Assembly: GCA_001938485.1 (NCBI GenBank) | Contig: MQRK01243535.1 | Coordinates: 23,426 to 87,425, forward strand | Origin: Girardia tigrina | Lineage: Eukaryota | DNA length: 64,000 bases | Direction: 5' to 3' | In this document: positions 1 through 13,649 of the stretch, piece after piece | Position numbering within the stretch: the first letter of the stretch is position 1 | Layout: each line of letters starts with the position of its first letter | Position numbers and translations under genes: made by a program | The notes under the pieces: model-generated | What the model saw: only the letters and a program-made list of their open reading frames with translations | The model's database searches: none | What the model was told of the DNA's origin: nothing

Positions 1-253
1 ATAACATCTTTCAGCTCTTCATATGGCTGAGAAGAATTGAGACATTTGACAGCACTGGATCCGAGTTTCTGGAGGAGTTCAGAAGGGAGATTGCTGAGGA
101 GATACTTGGCCATTGTTGAGGAATTGTGATTTTTGTTGAATGAGAATTCGAAGATTGTGAACCAAGAAAGGGGCGTACCGTCATCATCAACAAAGAATGC
201 CCGAGGTTGAGGTAGGATTGAGTTGGCTGAATCTTCGGCGAATTCTGACACCA
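1..253 (-). mobile_element. Ty3/gypsy 5' internal region: PBS plus degraded gag start
   Basis: The minus strand reads TGGTGTCAGAA (tRNA-Leu-type PBS, 243-253) right after a ...TTACA LTR end. Downstream frames give gag-like 'KYLLSNLPSELLQKLG...PYEELKDV'. Confidence 0.55.
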
Positions 254-254
254 T

Positions 255-572
255 TGTAAAGAACACAAATTCGGCTAATAAAAATATATTTAAATTAAAT
301 ATAGATTGGGTACAATAACCCTTTTAAATTTGGAAATCTCCCCCTTTTATATGAAGGCAATATTATATAATATGCCCCGGGGTCAGTTCATGCAATTGAA
401 ATTGACCTTGCAATTGCACATTCCGGTGATGTCATGACATGAAATCACCGGAATTTGAACTCTAGTTATGTCATAAGATTTGACATCATTGGAGTTCAAT
501 ATTACTGAATGTGGTGAGGAATGACATCACCACATTATTTATTTATCTACTTAATATTCAGCCACTATTACA
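255..572 (-). repeat. Putative LTR of the gypsy element at 1-253
   Basis: Bounded by TGTAA...TTACA and adjacent to the PBS. Contains the hairpin ATTCCGGTGAT/ATCACCGGAAT. The distal boundary is tentative. Confidence 0.4.
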
Positions 573-962
573 GCATGAGCGGAGTCGGAATGATAATTGC
601 TATCTACCGTCGAAGGCGCTTTCTCGGCTCGCCTCTGGTTATCTCTTGAACTTAGAGCCTGAGTCGTTTTCTTGTCAATAGATTATAAATAGTAATTTTA
701 TGTCTAAGAATATTAGCCGACAACGTATTTATGCACGAGTAGATTTATTTTAATTCGAGTTTCTGAATTTATTTATTAAGCTTACGAACGGTAGCAATCC
801 GAACGATATTTTATTTATGACATTAATATTAACAAGTTATGTGTAAATTCTTTTATCCGGCTAAGGATTCCTAATAATGATTTAATGTCGAACGGAATTT
901 CGATTTATCGTGTTTTGTAATATCCTATATATTTAAAAAAGATCAGTTTAATGCCCCTTGCC

Positions 963-2950
963 TCAAACATTTCTATAACTCTTCGATTCAAATCTTTTAC
1001 CACAATCAAAATGTATCTCTTTTGGTGCACAGAATTTTAGTATCCACTTTTGTAATATAGTTTTTAAAATCGTTTCTTCATTCTGTCTTTTAATGGCTGT
1101 GATAATACTGCCCATATGTTGTCGAATCTGGAATCCGTGTTTATTAAAGTCCGTGAAGCCTAATATTTGTGCCGATATTAATGCTCTTTTCATATCTTGA
1201 AATGCTATTTCGCACGTGTCTGTCCATACCAGTTTTTATTCGTTTGAACCGCAAATTCCTTCTAATACTTTAGCTTTCTTCGCATATTCGTTAATAAATC
1301 TCCTTTAATAATTGCAGATTCCCAAAAAAACTCCTCAAATTCTTAATGCACTTTGGTCTTTGAAAATTTTCTATCGCAGCGATTTTTTCTGGATCTGTCT
1401 GTATTCCCTTGTGATTAATAATATGTCCTAAAAAATTTCACTTCTTGTCTTAATATCTTACCTTTTGATGGTTTTATCCTCAATACTATTTGTCTAATTC
1501 TTTCGAAAACTTATTTGATTACATCGTAGTGCTCCTCCTTTGTTCTCGTTGCAACTATAATATGTCATCTAAGTACATTCATCTATACATTTGACGCTCT
1601 CTTTTTTACCGGTTCCAAAACTTTAATCATTAATTCCTGAAACGTACCGGGTGCTGCTGCTATGCCAAAAGGCATGCGTTTGAAACAAAATTACCCTGAT
1701 TTCGTTGAAAATGCCGTCTTTCCTTGCGACTCCTTGTCTAATTCTACCTTTTAGTACGCATTTCCTAAGTCTATTGTGCTGAAATATTTGGCTCCGTGTA
1801 ACCTATCCATCATCTCTGATATGTTTGGCATGTGGAATGTTTGTCTCTTTGTAATTAAGTTTAATTATCTAAAGTCTAGGCATAGTCTGATTTCATCCTT
1901 GTCCTTTTTCTAGACATATACTATTGGTGTATTCCATTGTGAGTTACATGGTCTTATTATTCGATCTGCTTTTAGGTTCTTAATTGCTTCTTCCAATTTA
2001 CCCTCTAAATGCACCGGCTAACTTCTTAGTTTTATATTTATTGGTCCTCCATTGTTTCTATTGTATGACGTAGTCAATTCTTGCACCCGATATCGCAGTC
2101 GTTTACCATAAATATGCCTCGATATTGGTGGATTAATTTCTATATTGATTTATCATTCTGTGTTTCTATCGTTTTAATGCCTCTTTTCCTCGATCTTCAT
2201 CCGTAATCTTTTCCCAAAATTTCGCCTCGATTTAGCATATATTGGTTTTACTATTTTCTTGACGTTTTTCTTTCCATTGTAGTTCTATCCCGAAGTCTTC
2301 ATCAATGGCATGCCTCCTACCATGTCTGGTTTTAAACTTTTCACCATTACAAATCTTATTTTCTCCACCTTCTATCCAATTTTCACTACCGTCTCCATTT
2401 GTCCTCTAAAATCCATTTTAAACCCATTTGCTGCCGTCAATTTTTGATTTGTTCGTTCTACGTTTATGTTATTCATTTTCTCTAACCATTTCGTCGTTTA
2501 TCACGTTTAAGGCAGCTCCTGTATCTAATAGGCATTCAATCTCGATGTTCTCAACTGTAACCTGTATGCTTGGTCGTCGCTGTAGTTTGTAATACGTAAT
2601 CGGTACGTTTTCGTCATTTTCTCTAACCATTTCGTCGTTTATCACGTTTAAGGCAGCTCCTGTATCTAATAGGCATTCAATCTCGATGTTCTCAACTGTA
2701 ACCTGTATGCTTGGTCGTCGCTGTAGTTTGTAATACGTAATCGGTACGTTTTCGTCATTATTATTTCGTCAATCAATTAATAAGAAATCTCTTGATTCAT
2801 TCGAATTCTTTTTTATAAACTTTATAATTTTTTGATTCATTTCCGGTTCCTGGTCTTTCATACTTTGTGACTTATTTTTATCAATTTTATTACCACGATT
2901 ACTATTATTTAATTTACTACTAATATTATTTAGATTACTGATATTATTAC

Positions 2951-3001
<51 letters not shown>

Positions 3002-3365
3002 ATGGTTTGGTTTGTGTAATGAAAATCTGGCTGTAGTGCCAAGATTGATTCCTCGTCGTCTTGGTATTGCTAGTTTTTTCCAGATTCTCTATACTCTTCT
3101 TCCTCCATCATCGCTATCTGACGTCCTCCTTCAAAACCTCTCTGGTATTCCTCCGACTTCCAGTTTCTCCTGTCTCTTTCCTGACCCCGTGGTAGTTGTC
3201 GATTTTCCCTCTGTGTTCTCCCATGATACTCGTTTCTCTCTTGATACCCGTTCCTTCTGTGATGACGTCTGTTCAGATTCGTGTAACACACATTGGCCTT
3301 ATGTCCCGGATCGTTACACCCGTTACATAATATCGTCTTGCATTCTCGGCGCACGCAGATTTTAA
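963..3365 (-). mobile_element. Degraded Ty3/gypsy retrotransposon (gag CCHC, protease, RT, part of integrase)
   Basis: CNGCNDPGHKANVC zinc knuckle (ORF 3070-3354). Protease LLDTGAA. RT motifs 'IRLCLDFR' and 'MPFGIAAAPGTFQELM'. Integrase-like 'KWILKFCAPKEIHFDCGKRFES'. Many stops and frameshifts. Confidence 0.9.
2473..2759. repeat. Perfect 141-bp tandem duplication covering the protease active site
   Basis: The block CATTTTCTCTAACC...GTTTTCGT occurs twice with a period of 141. Confidence 0.9.
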
Positions 3366-5639
3366 CGTATTGAAAAAAATTATTAAAAATTAAACTTGTT
3401 TTTATTTTTAAATTTTAAAATAAATTTTAAAAATTATTTTAAAATAAATTTTTTATTTAAAAAGTTTTTTTATTGAAAGAAATAAGTTAAGAAAGATATT
3501 TTTACGACTGTTTTGACTTGTCATTCCAATAAATTGATTTATAATGAACAATAATTATTTGTAATTTTGGATAACAATATTATAATATAGAATTACGCAA
3601 GTATTATTAACAACATCACAATTTTGATGTAAACATTTATTGACAACACAAACAGATTCTTCATAACAATTGTCAGAGAGCATATTTCTTTGATTTATAT
3701 AGTTTTTGTTTATGTATTCAAATCTAAAAAACAATGAATGGGAAATGTTTTAATATTAACTTTTAATTTCTCATAATTTTATTGGATAAAAAGTCATTAT
3801 GTAATTTTTTAAATAAACATTAATTTTCAATATATATTAAATTTAATAAGTTAAAATCGTTTACTAAAAATATTATTAAAATTCATAATTATAAAACTTT
3901 AATTAATTAGTACTTAAAATTAATATCATTAAATTAATTTCATTAGATTCAAATAATCAATCAATAAACATATCAATCCCATATGAGTAGGAGAGTCACA
4001 AATCTAAACAGCATACAAACAACAAACTTACAACATTCCGAATTTTCCCTCACAAGTATAATGTAGTGTATTCTATATTTTTGGTAACAAATGATGACAA
4101 TTATAAATTTATAATTTGTAAGATTGTCTCTCCCAGGTATGCCGGAAGAAATACTAAACATTTATCTGGAGCGAAGTGGGTTTGTTTGTTTGTCGACACG
4201 CTATGATAAAAATGTGAAATTGCGGAGGAACCCTAGCGAATCCACATAATGACGTGGTCAATCTGGACAGGCGCTTCGAATTTTAGTTACGATTACAAAA
4301 AAAGACAAAAAAAAGAATGGGAGCGGCCGAAAATTATTTTGCACGCAGGCGGCCAAACACCTCGAGGCGGCATTAGCTGGGACGAAAAATTCCAGAACTT
4401 GATAAGTCCGGTCTGACAGGAACTAATGAGAAAGTCTTTCGATGGTAAATATTGTAGACACGTGATTGGAGTAGCGTATCCTTTTAGCGAGAAGCCTCTT
4501 TGTTGACAGGTATCAATTGCGCTAATTGTCGTATCTTTACTGCCGCAAATAATTCTATCATTATTCGTGTTACAATTAATGATGAAGCAAATCTAACTCG
4601 TGTGACATTTGGCGTACATTAGCATCTCAAAATCCAAAAGCGAATAGACAGAAACATAACCCGACTCAAAACCGATTACGATTCTTAATTAATTAATATT
4701 CGATTGGAAATATGTCAAATTCATGACTTTATCTCCCAATTCCTCGTTTTTAGGATTTTATTTCCTTCAACGTCCCAAATCAAAACGTCTTCCGCGAATC
4801 AAATCGCACAAAGCGGGCTTAAAGTTCCATTTTTATTTGGCGAAAAACAAATGTTGCTTGTATCGCAACCGATTACACCAATTTCCAAATTTGAAATTTT
4901 TAAAAATAAATGGCGAACTATATCACTTAATAAAACCAAAAACAAAATTTCACGCCGGAAAATATTTTTATTTGATTGAATCAAACAACAAAAAAACACA
5001 ATTTCGATTTTAACAATGTCACACACTAGGCAAACAATTTTTTTAAAAAAAATTGAATGGGCCAATCACAGACCAGACTGCTAACAAAAACAAATTCAAA
5101 CTGACTAATCAGAGTGGTCAGTACATTTCAATCTCAGACACTGGCCTTTTTTCAGCCAAATATTTAGGTCAATTAATGACCTCATGTCACATGGCGTGAC
5201 TTAAAAATTGCTTAATTTAATTTAATTTTTTTTAACGATTATTTAGTTATTTTATTTTTTTTAATTTAACCTTTTTAATAATTTTAATTTAATTTATTAA
5301 TTAATTTATTTTTATAATTTGATTTTTAAGAAAAACTGAACCAGTAACATTTTTTGTCGTAAATATTTATATTCATACAATCGAAATTCATTCATTTGAC
5401 ATTCTTAATCAATAACTCAGATACAAATAACCGAATTCAATCAATATTAGACACAAACACTCACAGGCATACAAAGTGCCATTTCTTTCAATTATTTTGC
5501 TTCATTAAACAAAGAAAATTTAACATTTTTTTCACTGTGGGTTTAAATTTTGTTTGTCCCTTGTTTTTTTGTTTATTTCAATAGTGGGCCTCCCATCTCT
5601 TTCAATGTTATTGAGCCGTAGGCTCTTTAGAGGGCCCAC

Positions 5640-6517
5640 CCCAACTAAAAAGCACTAGCAGCCCCCCGATAGACCTCCTACGAGGTTGTCAGCTTTCCGC
5701 TTACGATGTCTCTTCGGACCCCCAGTAAAAACGTCCAACCATGTTCGGATGTTCCATGATTTATCATTTTTTTGGCCGTTCCAGTGGACTTTGAACAGCC
5801 AGCGAAAGGACAGTTGAAATTTCCTTTTACAGATAAATCTATTAAACGGAAATTTAACACTTCTAAGGAGATCGTTTCCGAGAGATTCGTATCTGAATTC
5901 GTCCGTACCTGAATATAGTTTGTAATTGTTGGATTGTCTTCCTTCTTCCTAGTATCGCCGATCAATTTAACTCTACCACACAAATCCCCATCACAACAGT
6001 CACCTGCTTTTCTTCTTTGATGCTTCTGTTGGATTTAATTGGATTGATTTGCTTCTTCCGTGTGATCTGTCTTGTAGTGTCTGATCAGCCACCCCATTGA
6101 TGCACTGGGTTAGGTTTAATTCGATAACAGAGTCAGAAACTGACATGGATAAGGTTTCTGCTTGTCCCGTTACGTTTCATGATTCATTTTAATGTCTATT
6201 GAGCTCCTTTTACTCTGCAAAGGCCTTCTTGCAAAGCTCTTAGTGACATTGGACCATTTTCATTATCGGTTTGATCAGTTTCGGAAGATCTTCGGTCTTC
6301 CTCCCTATGATACTCCTGTTGCGGATTAAATGATCGAGCCTGCCTCTCATTCGGAGTTGAGCTCCATCTGCTAAAAGGTTGATAACAGAGTTAACAGAGG
6401 TGGTCTCTCCGAAAAGTCATTCCGCATCGATCCGTAGGCATTCTTCGAGTTTCTGTTTGCTTCTTCCGCGATCTTTCTATTGCATTTCATTGTGCTTTTC
6501 AGAATTCTTTGCACACA
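5640..6517 (-). pseudogene. Degraded multi-C2H2 zinc-finger ORF (host gene or N-terminus of a non-LTR element)
   Basis: CPFAGC-x12-HGTSEH in ORF 5678-5983. Further broken fingers upstream ('QCH*ELCKKAF...LNRH', 'KPYPCQF...WLIRHYKTDH'). Confidence 0.5.
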
Positions 6518-6694
6518 ATTCCAATAGTAAATCAATTGTCCCACTAAAACTGGATTCAAGACGTCAGCAGAAACGAATGAAGCCATCATGTTTAAGTCAC
6601 CGGTTTCTTGGATTGTCGTGAACACACAAGCGATAGATCCGGTGAAAATCAGAATCGATGTCAATTGACCGGTAGAGCCGTTTTTGTAATTCAT
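6518..6694 (-). pseudogene. MPDU1: C-terminal fragment of mannose-P-dolichol utilization defect 1 (PQ-loop) protein
   Basis: NYKNGSTGQL...IFTGSIACVFTTIQETGD...QLIYYWN matches the MPDU1 C-terminal signature (NYxNGxTGQLS...GSxARxFTSIQETGD...QxxxYWN). Confidence 0.8.
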
Positions 6695-7585
6695 GATTAA
6701 TCGAATTGAACCCGAACACGAAATTCTCCAAAAATTTAGAGGTTTCTTATTGACTCAAATGTTTTTTTTCAATGATTTTTCAATTTGGATTTTATGAAAA
6801 ATTCTGTTGGTAACTTTTTATTAGGAAACATATTTTTAAATAGAGTTGCAATATCCGATTTGTTTTCGGAATATTCACGTATTTCTTAATCGTTCAAATT
6901 TTGAAAAAGTTTCTTCAATTCGTTTAAGATCTCATTTTCAACAGCTTCATATTTAAATGGATTCACATAATTTTTTTATGTTATTGGAAGTCAAATAAGT
7001 GTCTAAAGAAGACTTTTAGCTTATTTTTTGACTTTTTCTTTTGTTATATTTCACAAATTTTATCTTTCAAATGATTTCATTTCGAGGTTTTATGCCAACA
7101 TAATAAGAAAGAAGTAATAGTTCGATTAATAGAACATTCATTGAGTGTAAGTCGGTTTAAATCTACGATTGATTGAAGGAGTGTCGCTGCACTAACGTCC
7201 GTTCCGGTGACTGACGTGATATCGCTTGAAGAAGAGAATTATTGGTAGTTGATTGGTTTTGATTTCGATTTCTTTTTTCCAACTTAGTTCACACTTGCTT
7301 GTAGAGCGAAGAAAATTGAACTGGTTTTATCAGCAAATTCTGCAGCAAACAACCCCCCATTATTTTTCCTAAACAAAATTATTATTATTTCATTTAATTG
7401 CTGTGGGTAATTTAAATTCAAATTTGAATTAATAATTCGCTCAATGAATTATTAATTCATCGTCAGAATTTTAATTTTTTGAATTATTTATTGCTATAGT
7501 TGGATTGACACTATCAATTTTTTAGTGTCCAATTCATGCTCACGACATCCAGAACACTGCTTAATTAATTTTTGGTCATCTAGAC

Positions 7586-8350
7586 CAGGGATGCCCAACC
7601 AAAATCGTTTGTGGGCCAAAAATAAAATTACTGAGTTTATGTGGGCCGCACATAAAAAATAAAACAAAAAATTATTCAAAATATTTTATTATCGCTTAAT
7701 TAATGTGGCACTTGTTTTTGTACATCACTTGGGCTTTTTTTATATGAACGGATAATTTAGTCGACGCACATCGCAGTTGATTGGTGAAGTTTTCATCGAG
7801 CAGCCTGCTGTTATATTTGGATTTTACCAGGTTTAATTTGGAAAAAAATGATTCACAGAGATGAGTAGTTCCAAATGATGATGAGTAGTTGTTATGCACA
7901 TTGCTAATTGTTTTAAATTTGAATTTTTATCTTCAAGGATATATTTCTGTTAAAACTCAATCTTATTCCATTCAAACATACATTTTAACTCATAATTTCG
8001 CATGTATGAGAATCAAGTATTGAATTCTTAAAGTAATTTTGCTATTTCTGTAGAATATTTGAACGAGTTTTTTCATGGTCACTTTCATAGTCATTTAATA
8101 ATGGTAAATGAATCGAATTGTTTGATCGTAATTGATTTTTATTAAACTGAGCTTTGAAACAAAGGATTTTATATCTTGATAACAATCGATAATCAACTTA
8201 TTTTCACCTTGTAATTTTTGATTTATTTCATTCAGTTTAATTGTTATATCAGTTAGAAAACATAAATCTAGAAGCCATTGATCATCTGAAAGTTCATTTA
8301 TGTTATGGCCATTATTGTTCATGAAAGTTTTAATTTCTACTCTTAATTTC
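7586..8350 (-). mobile_element. 3' part of a hAT (Charlie/SPIN, GTF2IRD2-like) transposon
   Basis: TIR CAGGGATGCCCAAC preceded by ATCTAGAC (fits the NTCTAGAN target). Peptides 'WLLDLCFLTDIT.KLNE.N.KLQG' and 'FGTTHLCESFFSKLNLVKSK...RL'. Confidence 0.85.
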
Positions 8351-8379
8351 TGAATTGCAATATCTTAAGTTCTGATTTA

Positions 8380-8570
8380 TTGTCCAACAATAGCCTTAGT
8401 GATCTTTAATATGCTCTTGAGATGGATTTCTTTGAGGTTAAAAACTGTGCTAAGCTTAATCATCGCGTTTGTTGCAATACCAATCCGGTTTCTGATTTCT
8501 TCTTCGCTTCCCCCATTCTCTGTGAGCCTAAGCATTTGAAACTCTTAACTTGTTCCAGCTTCTCCCCTTA
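8380..8570 (-). mobile_element. RTE-type non-LTR RT fragment
   Basis: 'GEKLEQVKSFKCLGS...EEEIRNRIGIATNAM'. Confidence 0.7.
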
Positions 8571-9339
8571 AATGTGTTGGTCTTTTAGTAAGTTTAATGC
8601 TGGGTTTAGATGATTTGAATTGATGTTTGAAATAATTATGTTCAAACAAATATATAATTCTGAGTTAATTCCACTTTATTGGAAGGTTGTGTTGCTTGTT
8701 CGTAGCTCGAACCCAGCTCGACAATCGATACTGTTAACTTTATTGAAATTGAGATAAGTAACCAATATTATAAAAATTGTATTTAATAATCACAGAGTAC
8801 ACACTTCAAAATATTGTACATAGCTCTTTAAATAATGATTGAGGTTGAATAATTGCACAACTTTGTTTTGGTATAATTTTATGTTTGAATTATTGCTTGG
8901 TTTTATTATTATTACTTTTGAATTTTTTTAAAAGGGTATTTATACCCGATTTTGTTTATATATAAAAAATATGAAATGTTAAAAATTTAAAAAAAAATTG
9001 TTTAAATTATTATTCTTTATAATTGCTTTTAAAATTGCTTTGACAATTTCTCCATTTTAAATTGCAATAATTGCTTTTAAAATTGCTTTGACAATTTCTC
9101 CAAATTTGTTAATTCCCAATTTGTTTATAATTCCCAATTTGTTTAACTGGGCTCCAATGCCCATTAATTTGAATTTTTTTTTATTTTTTAAATCCAATCA
9201 TAATTGGATTTTCCATCCACTCGATCTATCCAATAATAATTGGATTTTCATTGTAGGGCATAATTGCCCACTTTCATTTTTCGGAAAAAAAACTAAACAC
9301 GGTGAGTTAAAATTTTTGATTTTGATTTTTTTTATAATA

Positions 9340-9760
9340 AATTTTGTAATGTTTTTACATAATAAAATAATATAATAATAAAAAATAATAATAATAACAA
9401 TAATATAATAACATGACATAAAAATAAATAATGATAAATTAATAATAATGATAATTTTATAATAATAATAAATAAGAATAAAATAATGATAATAATAATA
9501 TAATAAAAATAATAATAATATAATAAAAATAAATTACTATAACAACCACAATATAATAAAAATAAATTACTAATAATAAATAAATAATAAATTTATAATT
9601 TAATAATAATAATAATAAAATATAATAATAATAAAATAATAATAAATTAATAAAAATGAAATATTAATAATAATTTAAATACATAATAAATTTATAATTT
9701 AATAATAATAATAAAATATAATAATAAAATAATAATAGTAAATTAAAATAATAATCACAA
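9340..9760. repeat. (AAT)n-rich low-complexity tract
   Basis: Almost pure A/T with degenerate AAT repeats. Confidence 0.85.
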
Positions 9761-11258
9761 ATCATCACACAAGCCTACAACGGCTTTTTCTAACTAAGCA
9801 GGCGTGCTCGCTTAATGAACGGGCCCCCTGCAAAGGAGGAAAAACTCGTTGAAGAGGAATTAATAATAAAATACTAATAATATAATAAAAATAATTATGA
9901 CAGTAATTAATGACTGATATTAATTTAAATCTTAATAACAATTATAATAGTGATTTCATTACAAAGTTGCTAGACGATCGACCATCGTCCCTGAGCAAAA
10001 TGCTCAAACCATGGACGACCGAGAAGCAACTTAATCATCTCAACTTTTATTTATTTATTTTAAAAGTTATTTCATTATTAGTTAAAAGTTATTAATTATT
10101 AGTTTAGGGAACCCAAACAAATGTAACTCTCCAGTTTAACCTCGTTTTTATTGTTCCGCTCGATCCTCAGGTCGCCCGAAAATCGGACGGAGATAGCAGG
10201 GTTGCACAGGGAAATTTTGTGGATGAATTGCTCGGTCCATATTAAATTAATAAAAATTAGTGGTCCTGTTGATTTTTTAATGATTGATAACTGGTATCTA
10301 TCAAATGATTGTGTTTTCAATTTTCGATGTTGTGATGAAAAATAAGCTTTTTGTGAAAAACGTAATGGCTTTTCTCATTAAATATAACATAATGGCTTAA
10401 TTTCGAATGATTGACGCCGAGTTGTTCAGAGGAAGGATCGTGATTGGTGTCGAGTAGTTCATCGCGCGCATCGTTGCCGGGTGACCCGACACTCGAATTT
10501 GTTCCGGGGCTCGTGGCGAGTGTCTTGCTTGCAGAGTTAAACAGCGTGTATCGATCGATAATTCCACACATCATAGAACAATTTAACAGATAAAATCCTC
10601 AGTAACAGTTCGTGTGTGTACGATTCTGTAGGTGGAGTGGTCAATATTTATTTTCTTATCGACGGCATTGATCCTACCCATTGATGTCACTATTTGTGAC
10701 GATGATTTTCGAACATGTACCTATCGAGGGGGTTATTCAATGATATAGAAACATCGATTGACACAATTCTGTTACAGTTTAAATATACTTGTCTTGTTTA
10801 ATCGTGACATTTATCAAGATATTCGATTACATTTAATTTTCGCTTATCTTATTTAACCATTTATTTTTTTTCGTTTTAGAAATGACTTAATTTAATTTCA
10901 ATATTAATTAGTTATTTAGTGAATGACTATTTCATTAAAACCTTCTTAGAACCTTATTTCATGAACCTTCTCAATAAATGAATTAGCATAGTAAAAAATT
11001 TTAATGGATTTAAGTCAGGTGTTTAGGGGAAAGTCAAAAAGAGGGACATGTCGTTTCTCCTCTGACATTTCGCCTCTGATCGTTTCTCCTGCGATATAAT
11101 ATTAATAATATTAATCTATTAAATTTATTACCCAATAATACATTAATAAATTATAATATTCATGTTTATTTTTACCATTTAAAATTAATAAACTTATAAA
11201 ATCATATTATTAAAAACAATTAAAATATTCAAATGTTCAAATATTAAATTTTCAAAAA

Positions 11259-11299
11259 ATTGCTGATGATGATGTAAGTAACATCGAAACATGTTCAAT
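11259..11299 (+). ncRNA. Minimal type I hammerhead ribozyme (Penelope-associated)
   Basis: ATTG-CTGATGA-T-GATGT(aagta)ACATC-GAAA-CATG-T-T-CAAT. Stem I is ATTG/CAAT, stem II is 5 bp, stem III is palindromic, and the cleavage triplet is GUU. Confidence 0.8.
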
Positions 11300-11404
11300 A
11301 ATTATATAAAAAAAGCTTTAATCAAAATATATTTTCTATATATATAAGAATGCGAAGGGAATCACAGCATTAAAGGCTTTAAAATTTTTAAAGATTGTTC
11401 ATTG

Positions 11405-11520
11405 ATTTCTTTTGAATAGAGATGATGGATTCGAATTAAATAAAAGTAATAATAATAGTATACTTATATACAAGCTAATAAAAGAAAATAAAACACACAA
11501 TCCACTACTATCATCGTAAC
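11405..11520 (+). mobile_element. Penelope-like GIY-YIG C-terminal remnant
   Basis: 'LLNRDDGFELN', the LNRDxG motif typical of the end of the PLE endonuclease. Confidence 0.45.
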
Positions 11521-11539
11521 GGTAAAATTCATTCGATTA

Positions 11540-12060
11540 TTTATTCTAATAGACTACTGTTTAGAGCTGCGTTATTCACATGTGTCATATAGTTGTAAGG
11601 ACATTGAACTTTTAAATAAGTAATGATTCATAATACAACCTCTCATAATGTGAATCAAAATTCTTCTGAAGAATAGAAAATTCATCTTTAGAAATGGATA
11701 AAGTTCTTTCTTTACAACATCTGCAGTAATCAAGAACCTTACTCGATCCTCTTGACTGTGAGTGTTCACTAATCAGTGTTTGGAGATGACGATTTGTCTC
11801 TCCAATTTACGAGTTTTTACATCCGTGACAGTAAAATTTGTAAACAAGATTAGCTTTCACTAAATTGTCAGTTTTGGATTTCATGGTAAGATAATTTCTG
11901 ACTTTGGATGTTACGGACACTATTTTAACATTATCGATATTTTTATAAATGTTATTTTTCAATCTTCTGAAACCTTCTGAATATGGATTTTTTTATAATT
12001 TCAACGCGCTCCCTTCTTCATCATTCTTAGTTTGGTTAGTGTGGATTCTATCTATAATTA
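11540..12060 (-). mobile_element. Penelope-like element, GIY-YIG endonuclease remnant
   Basis: 'ANLVYKFYCHGCKNS*IGETNRHLQTLISEH...ERLYYESLLI' on the minus strand. Confidence 0.8.
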
Positions 12061-13163
12061 ATTTAATTTTTTTATATTTGTTTATTCGGGTGTTTAAATT
12101 AAAATTATTAAAACTATATATTATATTATTTATAATATTAAAATTAAAAAAATAGCTGAGACCCAAAATAGAAGACTAAGATTTCGTAGCGGTTATTTGT
12201 TGACTGTGTGTATCATTTGTTAAAATATCTTCTTGGAATAAATCATCGACGGACCAAGAAATTGCGGCGATAATATAAATTTTTATTTATTGATTTTCTT
12301 GGTAATATCGACTTTTATCAATTACCATATTAAAAATTTTAATTTTTTGTTTTAATATTATAAATAATATATAAGATTTACTAAAGATAAAATAATATAT
12401 AATAATAAATAATCATTTTAAAAAATGAATTAAAAAGAAAAGTATAAACTCAGATTGGTTAAATTAAATTAAGTAGATTTAATAAGCTACGTTGAAATAT
12501 AAATAGATAGATAGACAGAGAAACTTTAAAAAATATAAATACAGTGCAAATTGTTTAAGTTTACTTTTACTTACTTCTTTAATTCTTTTTTAATTACACC
12601 AGAAGTTTTTATATTTTCTACTTGAAGTTTTTATTAAATTACTTGAACTTTTAAATAAAAATCACTTGATGTTTTTAACAAAAAAACTTGTACGTTTCTT
12701 AGATGGGTTTACAATTATTGGCAACCTGCTTTTTTGTAAAACTATCATTACAGGTACAAAAGTTCAGGATTTTTTTCGAAATCCTCAATGCCTTTATAAT
12801 GACAAGTAATTTAGAGTGGAAAAAATGTCTGATAATTATTGTGTGTTGATTGAAATTTCTTGAGTATGGTATTCTCTCTCGTTTAATAATCAGGTGATAT
12901 CGGCGAATAATTAAATTTTCGTCATTGTATATTGTGTTTTATAAATAAATTATTAAGAACACCAACATGGATTTTCAAACTTTTATTTTCAATACAATTA
13001 GAATTGTCTTTTGGACAACTCTTAGCAAATCTTTCGTAATTCGACATCGTTCTAATTGATAAATTTTAGTTAATGTTTTTTAATAAACAATTATTCGAAC
13101 AAATTTTTCATTATTTTCTGATTTTATTTTTAAAGTTCGACTTTTGTAATTTTAGTAATAATT

Positions 13164-13628
13164 CTATCTACATATTAATTTTAAAAGACAGAAAATTTTC
13201 ATTTTAAATATTTGAAATTTAATTTTTTCACGCCGACATTTATTCTTACTCCAAAAGTTATAAACCGCATCTAAATCAATTTCTATACCAGCATTTAGCT
13301 GCAATTTAATTCTCATTAAACAGTCGAGATGTGATGTTTCGAGACGGTTTCTTATCTTCGACTTAATCGTATTCATAATACTAAACCCTCTTTCACAATT
13401 AGCACTGTTGGCTTGAAATGTCCCGCATATTTCGACTAGATAGGTCATTTTACTAAACTCGTCATTGCTAAAGCCGATCGATAACATGCTATTAAAATCT
13501 TTGGCTGTTTTTTCTTGTAGTTTCTCGGAACATAACATAAACTTAAAAAGACACCAGGTTAAAATGGGTTGATTGCGGAATTTTTTTAAATTAGGCATGC
13601 ATTCCCTCATTTTGATAAACTGAAGCAT
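13164..13628 (-). mobile_element. hAT transposase C-terminal dimerization domain (ZNF862-like)
   Basis: 'SANCERGFSIMNTIKSKIRNRL...LDCLMRI'. Confidence 0.85.
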
Positions 13629-13649
13629 CGATTTTTAGATGATTTGGAA

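Noticed and set aside
3012-3365. Plus-strand 117-aa ORF and many similar short ORFs
   Set aside because: Antisense shadows of TE coding sequence, or chance ORFs in AT-rich DNA.
10317-10600. GC-richer ORF-like segment
   Set aside because: No recognisable domain on either strand.
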